Source: a virus (taxonomy: Duplodnaviria > Caudoviricetes). Taken from it: DNA of 56,349 nucleotides. The DNA lies in IMG/VR virus record IMGVR_UViG_3300020477_000031, positions 1 to 56,349 of that record, one strand, 5' to 3'. Shown piece by piece: positions 37,545 through 47,320 of the stretch (positions are counted from its first letter, which is position 1; each line of letters begins with the position of its first letter). Position numbers and translations under genes: made by a program. A model generated the notes under the pieces. That model was given only the letters and a program-made list of their open reading frames with translations, did not search any database and was not told the DNA's origin.

Positions 37545-39719
37545 ATGGTTAACGATAAAAGAAAGGCATTTATGAGTTTTAATTCAAGAGATTTTAAGGG
37601 TTTCACTTTTCGTAGTGGCCCAGCTAAAAAGAAAGAAAATAAATCGTTTTCTTCTTTTTGGGATAATTCATCCGACAGTTATGATGTTGATGAATTTTTA
37701 GGTTTAGATAGTGATAAACCTAAAGGTAAAGATTTAGTTGCTTTGGCTGGTTACAAAAGAGCCATTGGTAACTTTGTTAATATTGTTACTGGTGAAAATA
37801 TTCCTGTTACTTTTAATTCAAGAGATGAAAGTTATACTGATGGTAAAAAAGTTGTCATTGGTTCTAACTTGAATGATAAGAATTTTGATGTGGCTGTTGG
37901 TTTAGCACTTCACGAAGGTAGTCATATTAAACTATCTGATTTTAATTTATTAGCTAATTTAGAAATGAATATTCCAGCTGAAATATATGTTTTGGCTGAA
38001 AAAGTTGGTGTTGATAGGATGACTACTGTTAGTACTGTTAAATCTATTCTTAACTATGTTGAAGATAGAAGAATTGATAGTTTTATTTTCAGAACTTCAC
38101 CTGGTTATAAAGGTTATTATCATTCAATGTATAATAAGTACTTTTATTCAAAAAACATTGATAAAGGTTTGTTGTCGGCTGAATTTAGAACCGAAACTAT
38201 TGATTCTTATTTATTCAGAATTATTAATCTTCATAATAAAAATCGTCAATTGGGAGCTCTTAAAGGTTTAAAAAATATTTATGACTCTATTGATTTAAAA
38301 AACATTAAATTCGTAAAAGATACGAATGACGCTTTGAATATAGCTATTGAAGTTATAACTTTAATTCTTTTAAATATCGACCCAATTAAAACTGAAAATG
38401 ATTCACAAAATGAATCACAAAGTCAACCTGGTGGTTCTTCTGATGACAATACAATGTCAGATGAAAAATTTGAAGATTTACTTGATTCTATTGAAAATGG
38501 TAATGGAAGTTCAGATGAATCAGAAAATGGTAATGGAACTTCTGTTCAAATTCCTACTGATAATCCTTCTTCTGGTAATATGTCAAATGATGATGGTTCT
38601 GAACCAGTTGAACTATCAGATAGACAAAAATCTTTATTGAAAAAAGCTTTTGAAAAACAAGAAAAGTTTATGGATGGTGACATCAAAAAAACTATGTTGT
38701 CTAAAAAAGATAAAACTGATGTTTCATCTATTGATGAAAGTAATTCTACTTATGAAACTGTTGGTGGTGGTATTAATACTAGTCATTGGAATTCTAAAGT
38801 TGGTAATGGAACTAAATGTTTGGTTGTTAGAAATCTTACTCAAGGATTGATTGATACAGGTGTTTTCAGATGTGCTACTTCTTGGAATCAATCAAATTAT
38901 AATCGTAATTCTGATTATAGTTATAGTAGAAGAAATTATAATTTTGTTGAAGAAGGTTTAAGACTTGGAACTATGTTGGGTAGAAAACTTCAGGTTAGAG
39001 GTGAAGAATCATCATTGAAATATACAAGAAAAGATACTGGTAGATTGGATAAGAGATTAATTTCTGAATTAGGTTTTGGAAACTCTAATGTCTTTAGTCA
39101 AACTTTCACTGAAAGATATAACAAAGCTTACTTACATATTTCAATTGACGCTTCTGGTTCTATGTGTGGTGATAAATGGAACAAAGCTATGACATCCGCA
39201 GTCGCGATGATTAAAGCTTGTGATATGGCTGGTAACATTGATGTGGTGGTTTCAATTAGAACTACTCACGGTGATGGGAGAAATGATGTTCCAATGATTA
39301 TGGTTGTGTTTGATTCACGAAAAGATAAATTACAAAAAGTTAGAGCTTTGTTTCCAGCATTGGATGTTTCAGGTACTACACCTGAAGGTTTATGTTTTGA
39401 AGCGATTATGAAAGATTTAATTCCTGGTAATTCTAATCAAGATAGTTATTTCATTAATTATTCTGATGGACAACCTTACTACTCTAATTCTGAAATTTAT
39501 TATGGTGGATTTGAAGGTGAAAGACACACCAGAAAAATGGTTAATGATATGAGAAATATGGGATTGAATGTTTTAAGTTATTTCATTGGTGGTGATTATG
39601 AAAGTGAAAGAGATAATAAAGCTTTTACAAATATGTATGGTAAAGATGCTTCATTTATCAACGCTACCAATATGATGCAAGTAGCAAAAACAATGAATGA
39701 AAAATTCTTAGAAAAATAA
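37545..39719 (+). CDS. HExxH metallopeptidase-like plus VWA domain protein
   Basis: GLALHEGSH...NYVEDRRID, acidic linker, IDASGSM MIDAS motif, GTTPE, SDGQP. Confidence 0.8.
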   Translation: MVNDKRKAFMSFNSRDFKGFTFRSGPAKKKENKSFSSFWDNSSDSYDVDEFLGLDSDKPKGKDLVALAGYKRAIGNFVNIVTGENIPVTFNSRDESYTDGKKVVIGSNLNDKNFDVAVGLALHEGSHIKLSDFNLLANLEMNIPAEIYVLAEKVGVDRMTTVSTVKSILNYVEDRRIDSFIFRTSPGYKGYYHSMYNKYFYSKNIDKGLLSAEFRTETIDSYLFRIINLHNKNRQLGALKGLKNIYDSIDLKNIKFVKDTNDALNIAIEVITLILLNIDPIKTENDSQNESQSQPGGSSDDNTMSDEKFEDLLDSIENGNGSSDESENGNGTSVQIPTDNPSSGNMSNDDGSEPVELSDRQKSLLKKAFEKQEKFMDGDIKKTMLSKKDKTDVSSIDESNSTYETVGGGINTSHWNSKVGNGTKCLVVRNLTQGLIDTGVFRCATSWNQSNYNRNSDYSYSRRNYNFVEEGLRLGTMLGRKLQVRGEESSLKYTRKDTGRLDKRLISELGFGNSNVFSQTFTERYNKAYLHISIDASGSMCGDKWNKAMTSAVAMIKACDMAGNIDVVVSIRTTHGDGRNDVPMIMVVFDSRKDKLQKVRALFPALDVSGTTPEGLCFEAIMKDLIPGNSNQDSYFINYSDGQPYYSNSEIYYGGFEGERHTRKMVNDMRNMGLNVLSYFIGGDYESERDNKAFTNMYGKDASFINATNMMQVAKTMNEKFLEK

Positions 39720-39729
39720 GGAGATAGTA

Positions 39730-40179
39730 ATGAGTAGAATAATTAATATTATTATTTTGTGTATGTTGGCCATAGGTTGTTCGGATAATATGTCCAATCA
39801 AAATTCAATAGAATATGAATTTACTGTTGAAACTGGATTGCCATTGGATGGAAATGGATATTATCATTTTGTTATGGAAACCTATGGTACATCACAAGCA
39901 TTAACTAAATTTACAGTTCATACAAATAATCCAATAACTCAATTTGTTTATTGGGATTGTGATACTCAATTTGATTATCAATGGCAAAATCAAAATTTTG
40001 ATGTGGATATAATTAATCATTCATCTTATACAAATGATGTTGGTGATGCATTTACTATGTTTGGTCCTCAAATATCCATGGTTGGTGATACAGTTACTAT
40101 ATATGTTGGTTATGTTGATTATGAATATGATATAGAATATAGTGAATATTTTTATGTTATATTAGAAATTGATGAATAA
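39730..40179 (+). CDS. lipoprotein
   Basis: Lipobox MSRIINIIILCMLAIG|C. Confidence 0.7.
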   Translation: MSRIINIIILCMLAIGCSDNMSNQNSIEYEFTVETGLPLDGNGYYHFVMETYGTSQALTKFTVHTNNPITQFVYWDCDTQFDYQWQNQNFDVDIINHSSYTNDVGDAFTMFGPQISMVGDTVTIYVGYVDYEYDIEYSEYFYVILEIDE

Positions 40180-40187
40180 ATAATATA

Positions 40188-41435
40188 TTGTTTGCATTAA
40201 TTCCAATATTTTCGGATCCATTTTTACATCCATATCATCATGATAACGATTTATCTCTATTATATGTACGCCATTATGGTGATAGGGAAGGTAGAATGAT
40301 ATGTATAAATCATCCAGATTGTGGTGATAAGGAATCCATCGATGATATAAAAAACAATAATGTGAATTTTTATCTAACGCCTGATAAGAAAAAACTTATG
40401 AATATATTTCCTGATACAAGATTGATTGATGTGAATATGATGACTTGGTTGAAAACAAATAAACCATTAAATTTTGAAGATATAAGAATAAATGCATACG
40501 ATTTTTTCCACAGTAAATATTATAATGTCAAAAATTTAAATTTAATAATACCATTGGTTAAACATAAAGAATATTGTGATAGAGTCTTTGACAGAATTAC
40601 CGAAAATATACATCAAGTTTATGAAGTGATGTATACAGAAGCTATAGAAGCATTTAGTTCAATAGAAAAAAATGGTATACGAGTAACTAATGATGTATGT
40701 GATATATTTGATGAAAGGGTAAGAAAACATATATCCAATGGTAAGTTATATTCTCAATATAATTTATGGACATCTACAGGAAGACCAAGTAATTCATTCG
40801 GTAGTGTTAATTTCGCTGCATTAAATAAAGAACAGAGAAAGGCATTTATACCTGAAAATGATATGTTGGTTGAATATGATTATGATGCTTATCATTTAAG
40901 ATTGATTGGTGAATTGATTGATTATAAATTTGGTGATGAATCTGTACATAAACATCTTGCAGAATTTTATGGGTGTTCATATGAGGAATCAAAGGCAAAA
41001 ACATTTAAATTATTGTATGGTGGTATTAGTAGTGAAATAAGAAAATCTATACCTTTTTTTGACAAGACACAAAATTTTATGGATAATTTGTGGGAAAAAT
41101 TTAATGGTGCTAATTATATAAAAACTTATATTTATAATAGAAGAATAAAGTTTTCAACAGATTTAACAAAAAATAAGTTATTTAATTATTATATTCAATC
41201 TTTTGAAACTGAGCATAATATAAAAAGAATCGTTGAAATACAAAAAATCTTAAAAGATTATAAATCCAAAATGGTTTTATACGGATATGATTCATTTTTA
41301 ATAGATTTTGATATTTATGATGGGATAGATTTATTGAAATTAATAAAAAGTGAATTACAGGGTGATAATTATATGGTAAAAATTAAATCTGGCAAACAAT
41401 ATAATAAATTGAAAGATATTACACATAAATTATGA
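40188..41435 (+). CDS. compact family A DNA polymerase
   Basis: TSTGRPS, motif A DYDAYHLRL, motif B KAKTFKLLYG, NYYIQ, motif C YGYDSF. Confidence 0.85.
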   Translation: MFALIPIFSDPFLHPYHHDNDLSLLYVRHYGDREGRMICINHPDCGDKESIDDIKNNNVNFYLTPDKKKLMNIFPDTRLIDVNMMTWLKTNKPLNFEDIRINAYDFFHSKYYNVKNLNLIIPLVKHKEYCDRVFDRITENIHQVYEVMYTEAIEAFSSIEKNGIRVTNDVCDIFDERVRKHISNGKLYSQYNLWTSTGRPSNSFGSVNFAALNKEQRKAFIPENDMLVEYDYDAYHLRLIGELIDYKFGDESVHKHLAEFYGCSYEESKAKTFKLLYGGISSEIRKSIPFFDKTQNFMDNLWEKFNGANYIKTYIYNRRIKFSTDLTKNKLFNYYIQSFETEHNIKRIVEIQKILKDYKSKMVLYGYDSFLIDFDIYDGIDLLKLIKSELQGDNYMVKIKSGKQYNKLKDITHKL

Positions 41436-43318
41436 TTGATTTTAAAAACACAATAAATAATATAGTAGATGAATGGTCTAATAGAGTATATAATGGTCAG
41501 CCTGATTTTAAGGATCCTGGGCATATATTAACGTTAAGAGAAGTATTGACTGACTTCAAATTTAAAGATAATGTTATAAATGAACTTATAAATAATATTA
41601 TAGAATCCAATGAATTTTATGCTAAAAGCAAAAGTAGTGGTAAAGTTGTTAAATTTTTGAGTAAGGATAGTTGGGAAGATGCTATAAAATCTGGTTCACA
41701 TGAAAAAGTTGATTCTGGTTCAGTTAAAAAGAAATCAACTGAAAAACCTTCTGTGGATAAAAAAGATGATGGGAATAAATCTGAAAAACCTCAATCTAAA
41801 AGTGTTGGTGATAAAACTCCACCACAAAATAAATCATGGAAAGATGAACCAGAAACTGGTGATATTGCTCATGATTTAAAAGTTGATGCGGATAAGAAAA
41901 CGGAATTGATGAAGTTGAAAAAAATAGAATCATTGTCTAATGAAGATGATACTATTACAGATAAACAATTAATGATGACTAAAACTGATGCATTGAATCA
42001 AGCATTGTCAACTGAATCTAAAGATGTTGGTGCCGGTACTGCTGAGTCTAGAGCTGGTGAAGCTATGGTACATAAAGGTCTGCGTATGTTGAAAGATGGG
42101 AAATCTGTTGATGAAATTAGGGGATATTTTGATGATCTCGTCAATTCGAATGATCATGTATTAAATAGTAAAGAAGGTAAAAAATGGGTAGGAGCTTCAC
42201 TATCTACAATAAATAGAATAGATAATGAAATAGGTATAGATAATATAAAAACTGTATCATGGGATACTAAAGTTGGTAGACAATCTATAGGAGTTGATCC
42301 AAATTTAGAAACATCATCTGATATGTTTGTACAAACTAATGAAGGTAATGTTATAGGATTATCACTTAAAAAATCTGGAGCTGTATTTTTAGCTAACAAG
42401 GGTTGGGCTAAAGAATCTAAAAGATTATTGAGTGATTTAAAAGATTCACTTTCACCAGAAGCATACAATCAATTGGATAAATCTATGTCAATTCAATCTT
42501 ATAACACCAGTTTATCTAATAAATTTAAAGATATAACATCTAATATAGATAGTAGTTATATAAATGATTTATTTAATAGATTGCAATCGGAAGATGATAA
42601 AATTATAACTAAATATTTTGGTTCTAGTAAGAAACGTGAAAAATATTTTGAATTATTAAGAAATCCAGATGATTTATTGAATGCTGCTAGGACTGGTAAT
42701 TTAAATGGTAATCAAAAGAAAGTTATAGCTAAATTAACTTCGGTTTATGATAAAGATAGATATAATCATTTAAGACGTGTTGATTCCGAACTTACTGGTA
42801 ATACATTTAAAACATTGAATAATTATCCAGAAGCTAAATTCGCTATGAAAAAACATATAGTAAAATCTATGCATATATCAGAAACATTGTCTTTGAATGA
42901 AAATATAAAACAAGGTGGTGTTAGTGGATTTATGACTCTTTATGGAATTGAACCTGATGGTGCTGTTTTAAATGAAGAAAAATTAGTTGATTTATTTGGT
43001 TCAAAATTTGCTAGTATATTGGGAGAAGTTAGAGCAGGTACTATGGATATTAATGATTTGGAGAATGTTATTATGGAATCTATAGAAATGGATTATGAAA
43101 CTGGCAATATATTATTTAAACATGAAAATAATAAAAAATATCCATTATTTTTTATGAAAGCTAGAACTCGGGGTATTGGTGCTAGCCCAACTATGGAAAT
43201 GGCACAAACTCCACTTATGGCTTACGCACTTAAAATGGGAACATTTAATTCAGATAAATGGCCATTGGATATACAACAAAAATTTAAAAAACATATAATA
43301 TCAGCAGAAGAATTATAA
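41432..43318 (+). CDS. hypothetical protein, possible PD-(D/E)xK nuclease fold
   Basis: AGEA...SSDMFV...GLSLKK pattern following an N-terminal EWSNRV..GQPD domain. Confidence 0.45.
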   Translation: MIDFKNTINNIVDEWSNRVYNGQPDFKDPGHILTLREVLTDFKFKDNVINELINNIIESNEFYAKSKSSGKVVKFLSKDSWEDAIKSGSHEKVDSGSVKKKSTEKPSVDKKDDGNKSEKPQSKSVGDKTPPQNKSWKDEPETGDIAHDLKVDADKKTELMKLKKIESLSNEDDTITDKQLMMTKTDALNQALSTESKDVGAGTAESRAGEAMVHKGLRMLKDGKSVDEIRGYFDDLVNSNDHVLNSKEGKKWVGASLSTINRIDNEIGIDNIKTVSWDTKVGRQSIGVDPNLETSSDMFVQTNEGNVIGLSLKKSGAVFLANKGWAKESKRLLSDLKDSLSPEAYNQLDKSMSIQSYNTSLSNKFKDITSNIDSSYINDLFNRLQSEDDKIITKYFGSSKKREKYFELLRNPDDLLNAARTGNLNGNQKKVIAKLTSVYDKDRYNHLRRVDSELTGNTFKTLNNYPEAKFAMKKHIVKSMHISETLSLNENIKQGGVSGFMTLYGIEPDGAVLNEEKLVDLFGSKFASILGEVRAGTMDINDLENVIMESIEMDYETGNILFKHENNKKYPLFFMKARTRGIGASPTMEMAQTPLMAYALKMGTFNSDKWPLDIQQKFKKHIISAEEL

Positions 43319-43722
43319 TGAAGACACAATTATTAGCCACATTTACATCTAAAAAATCTATTGATGATACTATTGAATTAATTAAAAAGTATTATGATAT
43401 AGCTTTTGGTAAAATATATGTATTTCAAAATGAAGAAAAAACATCAGATTTTATATGTACATATAATGTTATAATCGGTGAAGGTAAAGAAGTTGATTAT
43501 AATATATTAGAAAATACAATTTCTATTCATAGGAAAAAATATTCTAACACTTTATATACAATCAATGCATTAAATGAAGTTATCAAAAATCTCAATAATG
43601 GTGTGTTGGACACATCTTTTAATATACCATGGGAAAATTTTCAAAATATGTTATTGGTTGTAAATAAAGAAGGTTTGTGTAGGATATCAACACGAATTTT
43701 TAAAATTCATAAATTAAATTAA
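43318..43722 (+). CDS. conserved hypothetical protein (HRKK..NTLYTINALN)
   Basis: TAATG-coupled ORF. Confidence 0.65.
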   Translation: MKTQLLATFTSKKSIDDTIELIKKYYDIAFGKIYVFQNEEKTSDFICTYNVIIGEGKEVDYNILENTISIHRKKYSNTLYTINALNEVIKNLNNGVLDTSFNIPWENFQNMLLVVNKEGLCRISTRIFKIHKLN

Positions 43723-43801
43723 AAAAAAATAAGCGTTTTAGTTTATATATATATATTTATATAAAATGAAAGTTTTAATCAAATTAAGGAGATTATAGGT
43801 T

Positions 43802-44692
43802 ATGAGCGAAGCATCGAAAAATAAAAAATCAACAGCTAAAGTGGAGAAGCATGATCTTCTTTATATAATGAGTAATTCATGTGGTTGGTGTAAAAAATCA
43901 CAACCGGTTGTGGATGAACTTGTTAAAGAAGGTGCAAAAATAACAACTTTAGATGTTCAAAATCCAGCGGATCAAGCTAAAATTAATGAAGTAAAACAAA
44001 AGTATAATGCACAATGTGGTACACCATTTTTCATTGATGCTGAAACTGGTAATCAAGTTTGTGGATTTAGAGAAAAAGATGTTTTACAAAAATGGGTAAA
44101 TGGTGAAGAAATTCCAAAACCACCTCAACCTAAATCACCTCCACCTCCACCTCCATCACCTGATAAAATAGATGATGAAACTGCTATAAAAGAGTGGAAA
44201 GGGAAGTATGAAGTTTGGTCTAAGGAAAATGATCATTTACCTAAAATAATGCCAGCAGATACTATATTGACTAGGGTTAAAAAATCATATGAAGCTAGAC
44301 AAAATCAACAAGGAGCTCCTGGAGCACCTGGAGCACCTGGTCAATTAGGTAATGCTCCGTCTGATCCTAATGTTAAAATCAATAGTAAGTTTTATTATCA
44401 ATTTATTAATAATAAAAAAGAAATGGTTATGGCAGATACAGCTTATATAAATTCATTAAAACATCAATATTTACAACGTGAATCTGATGGTCTATTAAGT
44501 AAAGTTGTTGGTGATACTAATTTTAATAAACCAGCTGTACAACCTAATAAACCAGCTGTACCACCCAAGAAGGCTAATGTAAATGGTAAAGTAAAAGAAC
44601 AATTGAGTAAGATGAAAAAAGAACAAGCCAAAAACAAAAAAGAAGCCAATAAAAAAAGTAAGAAAAATACTAAAAAAATAGCAGGTGTTTAA
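43802..44692 (+). CDS. thioredoxin/glutaredoxin-fold protein with Pro-rich extension
   Basis: CGWC active site, CGTPFF cis-Pro loop, then poly-Pro and GAPGAPGAPG. Confidence 0.75.
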   Translation: MSEASKNKKSTAKVEKHDLLYIMSNSCGWCKKSQPVVDELVKEGAKITTLDVQNPADQAKINEVKQKYNAQCGTPFFIDAETGNQVCGFREKDVLQKWVNGEEIPKPPQPKSPPPPPPSPDKIDDETAIKEWKGKYEVWSKENDHLPKIMPADTILTRVKKSYEARQNQQGAPGAPGAPGQLGNAPSDPNVKINSKFYYQFINNKKEMVMADTAYINSLKHQYLQRESDGLLSKVVGDTNFNKPAVQPNKPAVPPKKANVNGKVKEQLSKMKKEQAKNKKEANKKSKKNTKKIAGV

Positions 44693-44694
44693 TT

Positions 44695-45204
44695 ATGTCT
44701 AGAAGTGTAAGATTTTCTTCACTTTGGCAAAGTTTAATAGATGATGGATTTGATGTAGGTACTTTCGATGAATTTTCTAAAAAAATGGAAGATTCATCAA
44801 AGTCTTCATCTTTAGAATCATTTTTGAAATCTGAATATAATTTAGATGATCAAGACATAGATAGAATTGTCAAAATGGAAAAGATGTTGGAAGAAGAAGA
44901 AGCTTCCAAAACTAAATTCCCATCAATGTTTAAGATGGGACGGAATTTAGTTAAAGATACTTGGACTGGTATGAAGGCCAAAGCCAAGGGTTATAATTGG
45001 ATGGTATCCGCAGAAAAGGCTGATGAAAGATTAGAAATTTGTAGGCAATGCCCGTTTTTTAAATACGATCAAGTTAATCCAGAATCTGGTGTAGCTGATG
45101 GTAGATGTTTAAAGTGTGGATGTTTTATGAATGTAAAAGCACACTGGGCTCATGCAGAATGTCCTATTGGAAAATGGGGAAAATGTGAAGAAATAAAGAA
45201 ATAA
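44695..45204 (+). CDS. protein with Cys-rich C-terminus (DUF6171-like)
   Basis: RLEICRQC...RCLKCGCF...K......CPIGKW. Confidence 0.65.
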   Translation: MSRSVRFSSLWQSLIDDGFDVGTFDEFSKKMEDSSKSSSLESFLKSEYNLDDQDIDRIVKMEKMLEEEEASKTKFPSMFKMGRNLVKDTWTGMKAKAKGYNWMVSAEKADERLEICRQCPFFKYDQVNPESGVADGRCLKCGCFMNVKAHWAHAECPIGKWGKCEEIKK

Positions 45205-45310
45205 AGCTTGACTTATATCACTTTTTTGATATATATTATAGGAAATGGTTATATGGTTTTATGTAAACCATAAATAATAAATAATAACAATAAAACACAG
45301 GAGAATATCA

Positions 45311-46078
45311 ATGGATATTTCAAAAATAAAAAGTCGACTGAATCAGTTGCAAAAAACAAATTCCAATACTAATAGTTTTTGGAAACCTGCACCAGGTAAA
45401 ACAGTAATCAGAATAGTTCCTTATAAATTTAATAAAGAAAACCCTTTTCAAGAATTGTTCTTTCATTATCAATTAGGTAATAAAACACATTTATCACCTG
45501 CTTCGTTTGGAAGACCAGACCCAGTTGAAGAATTTTCTAATAAATTAAAATCAACAGGTGTAAAAGATGATTGGATTCAAGGTAAAAGACTTGAACCTAA
45601 AATGAGAACTTTTGCTCCAGTTATTATTAGAGGTCAAGAATCTGAAGGTGTTAAATTTTGGGGATTTGGTAAAACAGTTTATCAAGAATTGTTATCAATC
45701 ATAGCTGATCCTGATTATGGTGATATTACAGATCCAATGAATGGTCGTGATATTATGGTTGAAAGACAAACACCAGCGGAAGCAGGTAATCAGTATGGTA
45801 AAACTACAATTCGTGTTAAACCGAATATGACACCGATAACTGAAGATAAGGGTATGTTAGAAAACATATTTGAATCTCAAGTTGATATTACTGAACTCTA
45901 TACCGAACCTTCTTATGATGAATTGAAAGAAGCTCTTCAGAATTATTTAAATCCAAGTGATGAAAATTCTTCCGAAGGTAATTCAGATGATTCTACATCA
46001 TCAAAGAGTGTTACTGAAACATCTACTGAAAAAACAGAAGATGTTGAAGATGCATTTGATAAATTATTTAATGAATAA
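45311..46078 (+). CDS. single-stranded DNA-binding protein (gp32-like)
   Basis: FWKP..GK..IRIVP, WGFGKTVY, DITDP..GRD, acidic tail ending DAFDKLFNE. Confidence 0.88.
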   Translation: MDISKIKSRLNQLQKTNSNTNSFWKPAPGKTVIRIVPYKFNKENPFQELFFHYQLGNKTHLSPASFGRPDPVEEFSNKLKSTGVKDDWIQGKRLEPKMRTFAPVIIRGQESEGVKFWGFGKTVYQELLSIIADPDYGDITDPMNGRDIMVERQTPAEAGNQYGKTTIRVKPNMTPITEDKGMLENIFESQVDITELYTEPSYDELKEALQNYLNPSDENSSEGNSDDSTSSKSVTETSTEKTEDVEDAFDKLFNE

Positions 46079-46195
46079 TTAACTTCAATAAATTGTAGTG
46101 AGTGGGATGAAATTACACACAAGAAATTTTGCACTTAAATAACGAATATTCTTAGCATCACTCTCCCGCTCATAACATCATAAGGGGAAAATAAC

Positions 46196-47320
46196 ATGTC
46201 TAAACAACGTGATGATTTGGCTGGTATTATTCAGTCAGAATTAAATAAACAATTCAAACACCAACAAGTTGCCTATTTTTTAGGTGGAGATAATGAAACT
46301 CCGACTGATATAAGAGGATTCGTTTCAACCGGATCCTCTATGTTAGATTTAGCGATAGCAAACAAACCTAATGGTGGATTAGCTGTTGGTAGAATAACAG
46401 AGTTGAATGGTTTAGAAGGTAGTGGTAAATCACTAATTGGAGCACATGCCTTAGCTGATTGTCAACGTAAAGGTGGTGTCGCAGTTTACATAGATACAGA
46501 ATCTGCCGTATCAGAAGAATTTCTTCAAGCTATAGGGATAGACACATCAACTATGTTATACGTACATCTTGAAACAGTTGAAGAAGTTTTTGATACAGTT
46601 GAAACAATTGTTACAAAGATTCGTGAATCGAATAAAGATAGGTTAGTTACCATACTTGTTGATAGTTTAGCAGCTGCTTCTACAAAGGTAGAAATGGAAG
46701 CTGACTTTGATAAAGATGGGTGGGCTACTGCTAAAGCAATTATTATAAGTAAGGCAATGAGAAAGATTACTCAAATGATTGCAAGACAAAAAGTATGTCT
46801 TATATTTACGAATCAGTTACGACAAAAACTTGGTGTAATGTTTGGTGATCCTTGGACCACAAGTGGTGGTAAAGCTCTCCCATTTCATTCATCAACTCGT
46901 GTTCGGTTAAAGAATGCTGGGCAAATCAAAGATACCAAAAAGAATACCATAGGTATAAAAATCAAAGCACAAGTAATTAAAAACAGATTAGGTCCACCAA
47001 TGAGGACTGCTGATTTTCAATTATATTTTGATAAAGGTATTGATGATTATGGTAGTTGGTTAACTGTGATGAAAGATCATAAACTTGTTAAATCAGGTGG
47101 AGCTTGGTATACATTACAACATGTGGATACAGATACAGGTGAACTTATTAAAGAATATAAATTTCAATCGAAGGATTTTGAAGACCTCATGGATAATAAT
47201 CCAGATTTGAAACAATATTGTTATGATAGAATATGTGGAGCTTGTATTCTTAAATACGATTCAAAACAACTTGGTGTTGATGATGTAGTTGAAACTGATG
47301 AGGTAGTGGATGAGCTTTAA
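46196..47320 (+). CDS. recA: RecA/UvsX recombinase
   Basis: STGS..LD.AI, GLEGSGKS, YIDTE, VDSLAA, TNQLR, SGGKALPFHSS.R. Confidence 0.95.
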   Translation: MSKQRDDLAGIIQSELNKQFKHQQVAYFLGGDNETPTDIRGFVSTGSSMLDLAIANKPNGGLAVGRITELNGLEGSGKSLIGAHALADCQRKGGVAVYIDTESAVSEEFLQAIGIDTSTMLYVHLETVEEVFDTVETIVTKIRESNKDRLVTILVDSLAAASTKVEMEADFDKDGWATAKAIIISKAMRKITQMIARQKVCLIFTNQLRQKLGVMFGDPWTTSGGKALPFHSSTRVRLKNAGQIKDTKKNTIGIKIKAQVIKNRLGPPMRTADFQLYFDKGIDDYGSWLTVMKDHKLVKSGGAWYTLQHVDTDTGELIKEYKFQSKDFEDLMDNNPDLKQYCYDRICGACILKYDSKQLGVDDVVETDEVVDEL

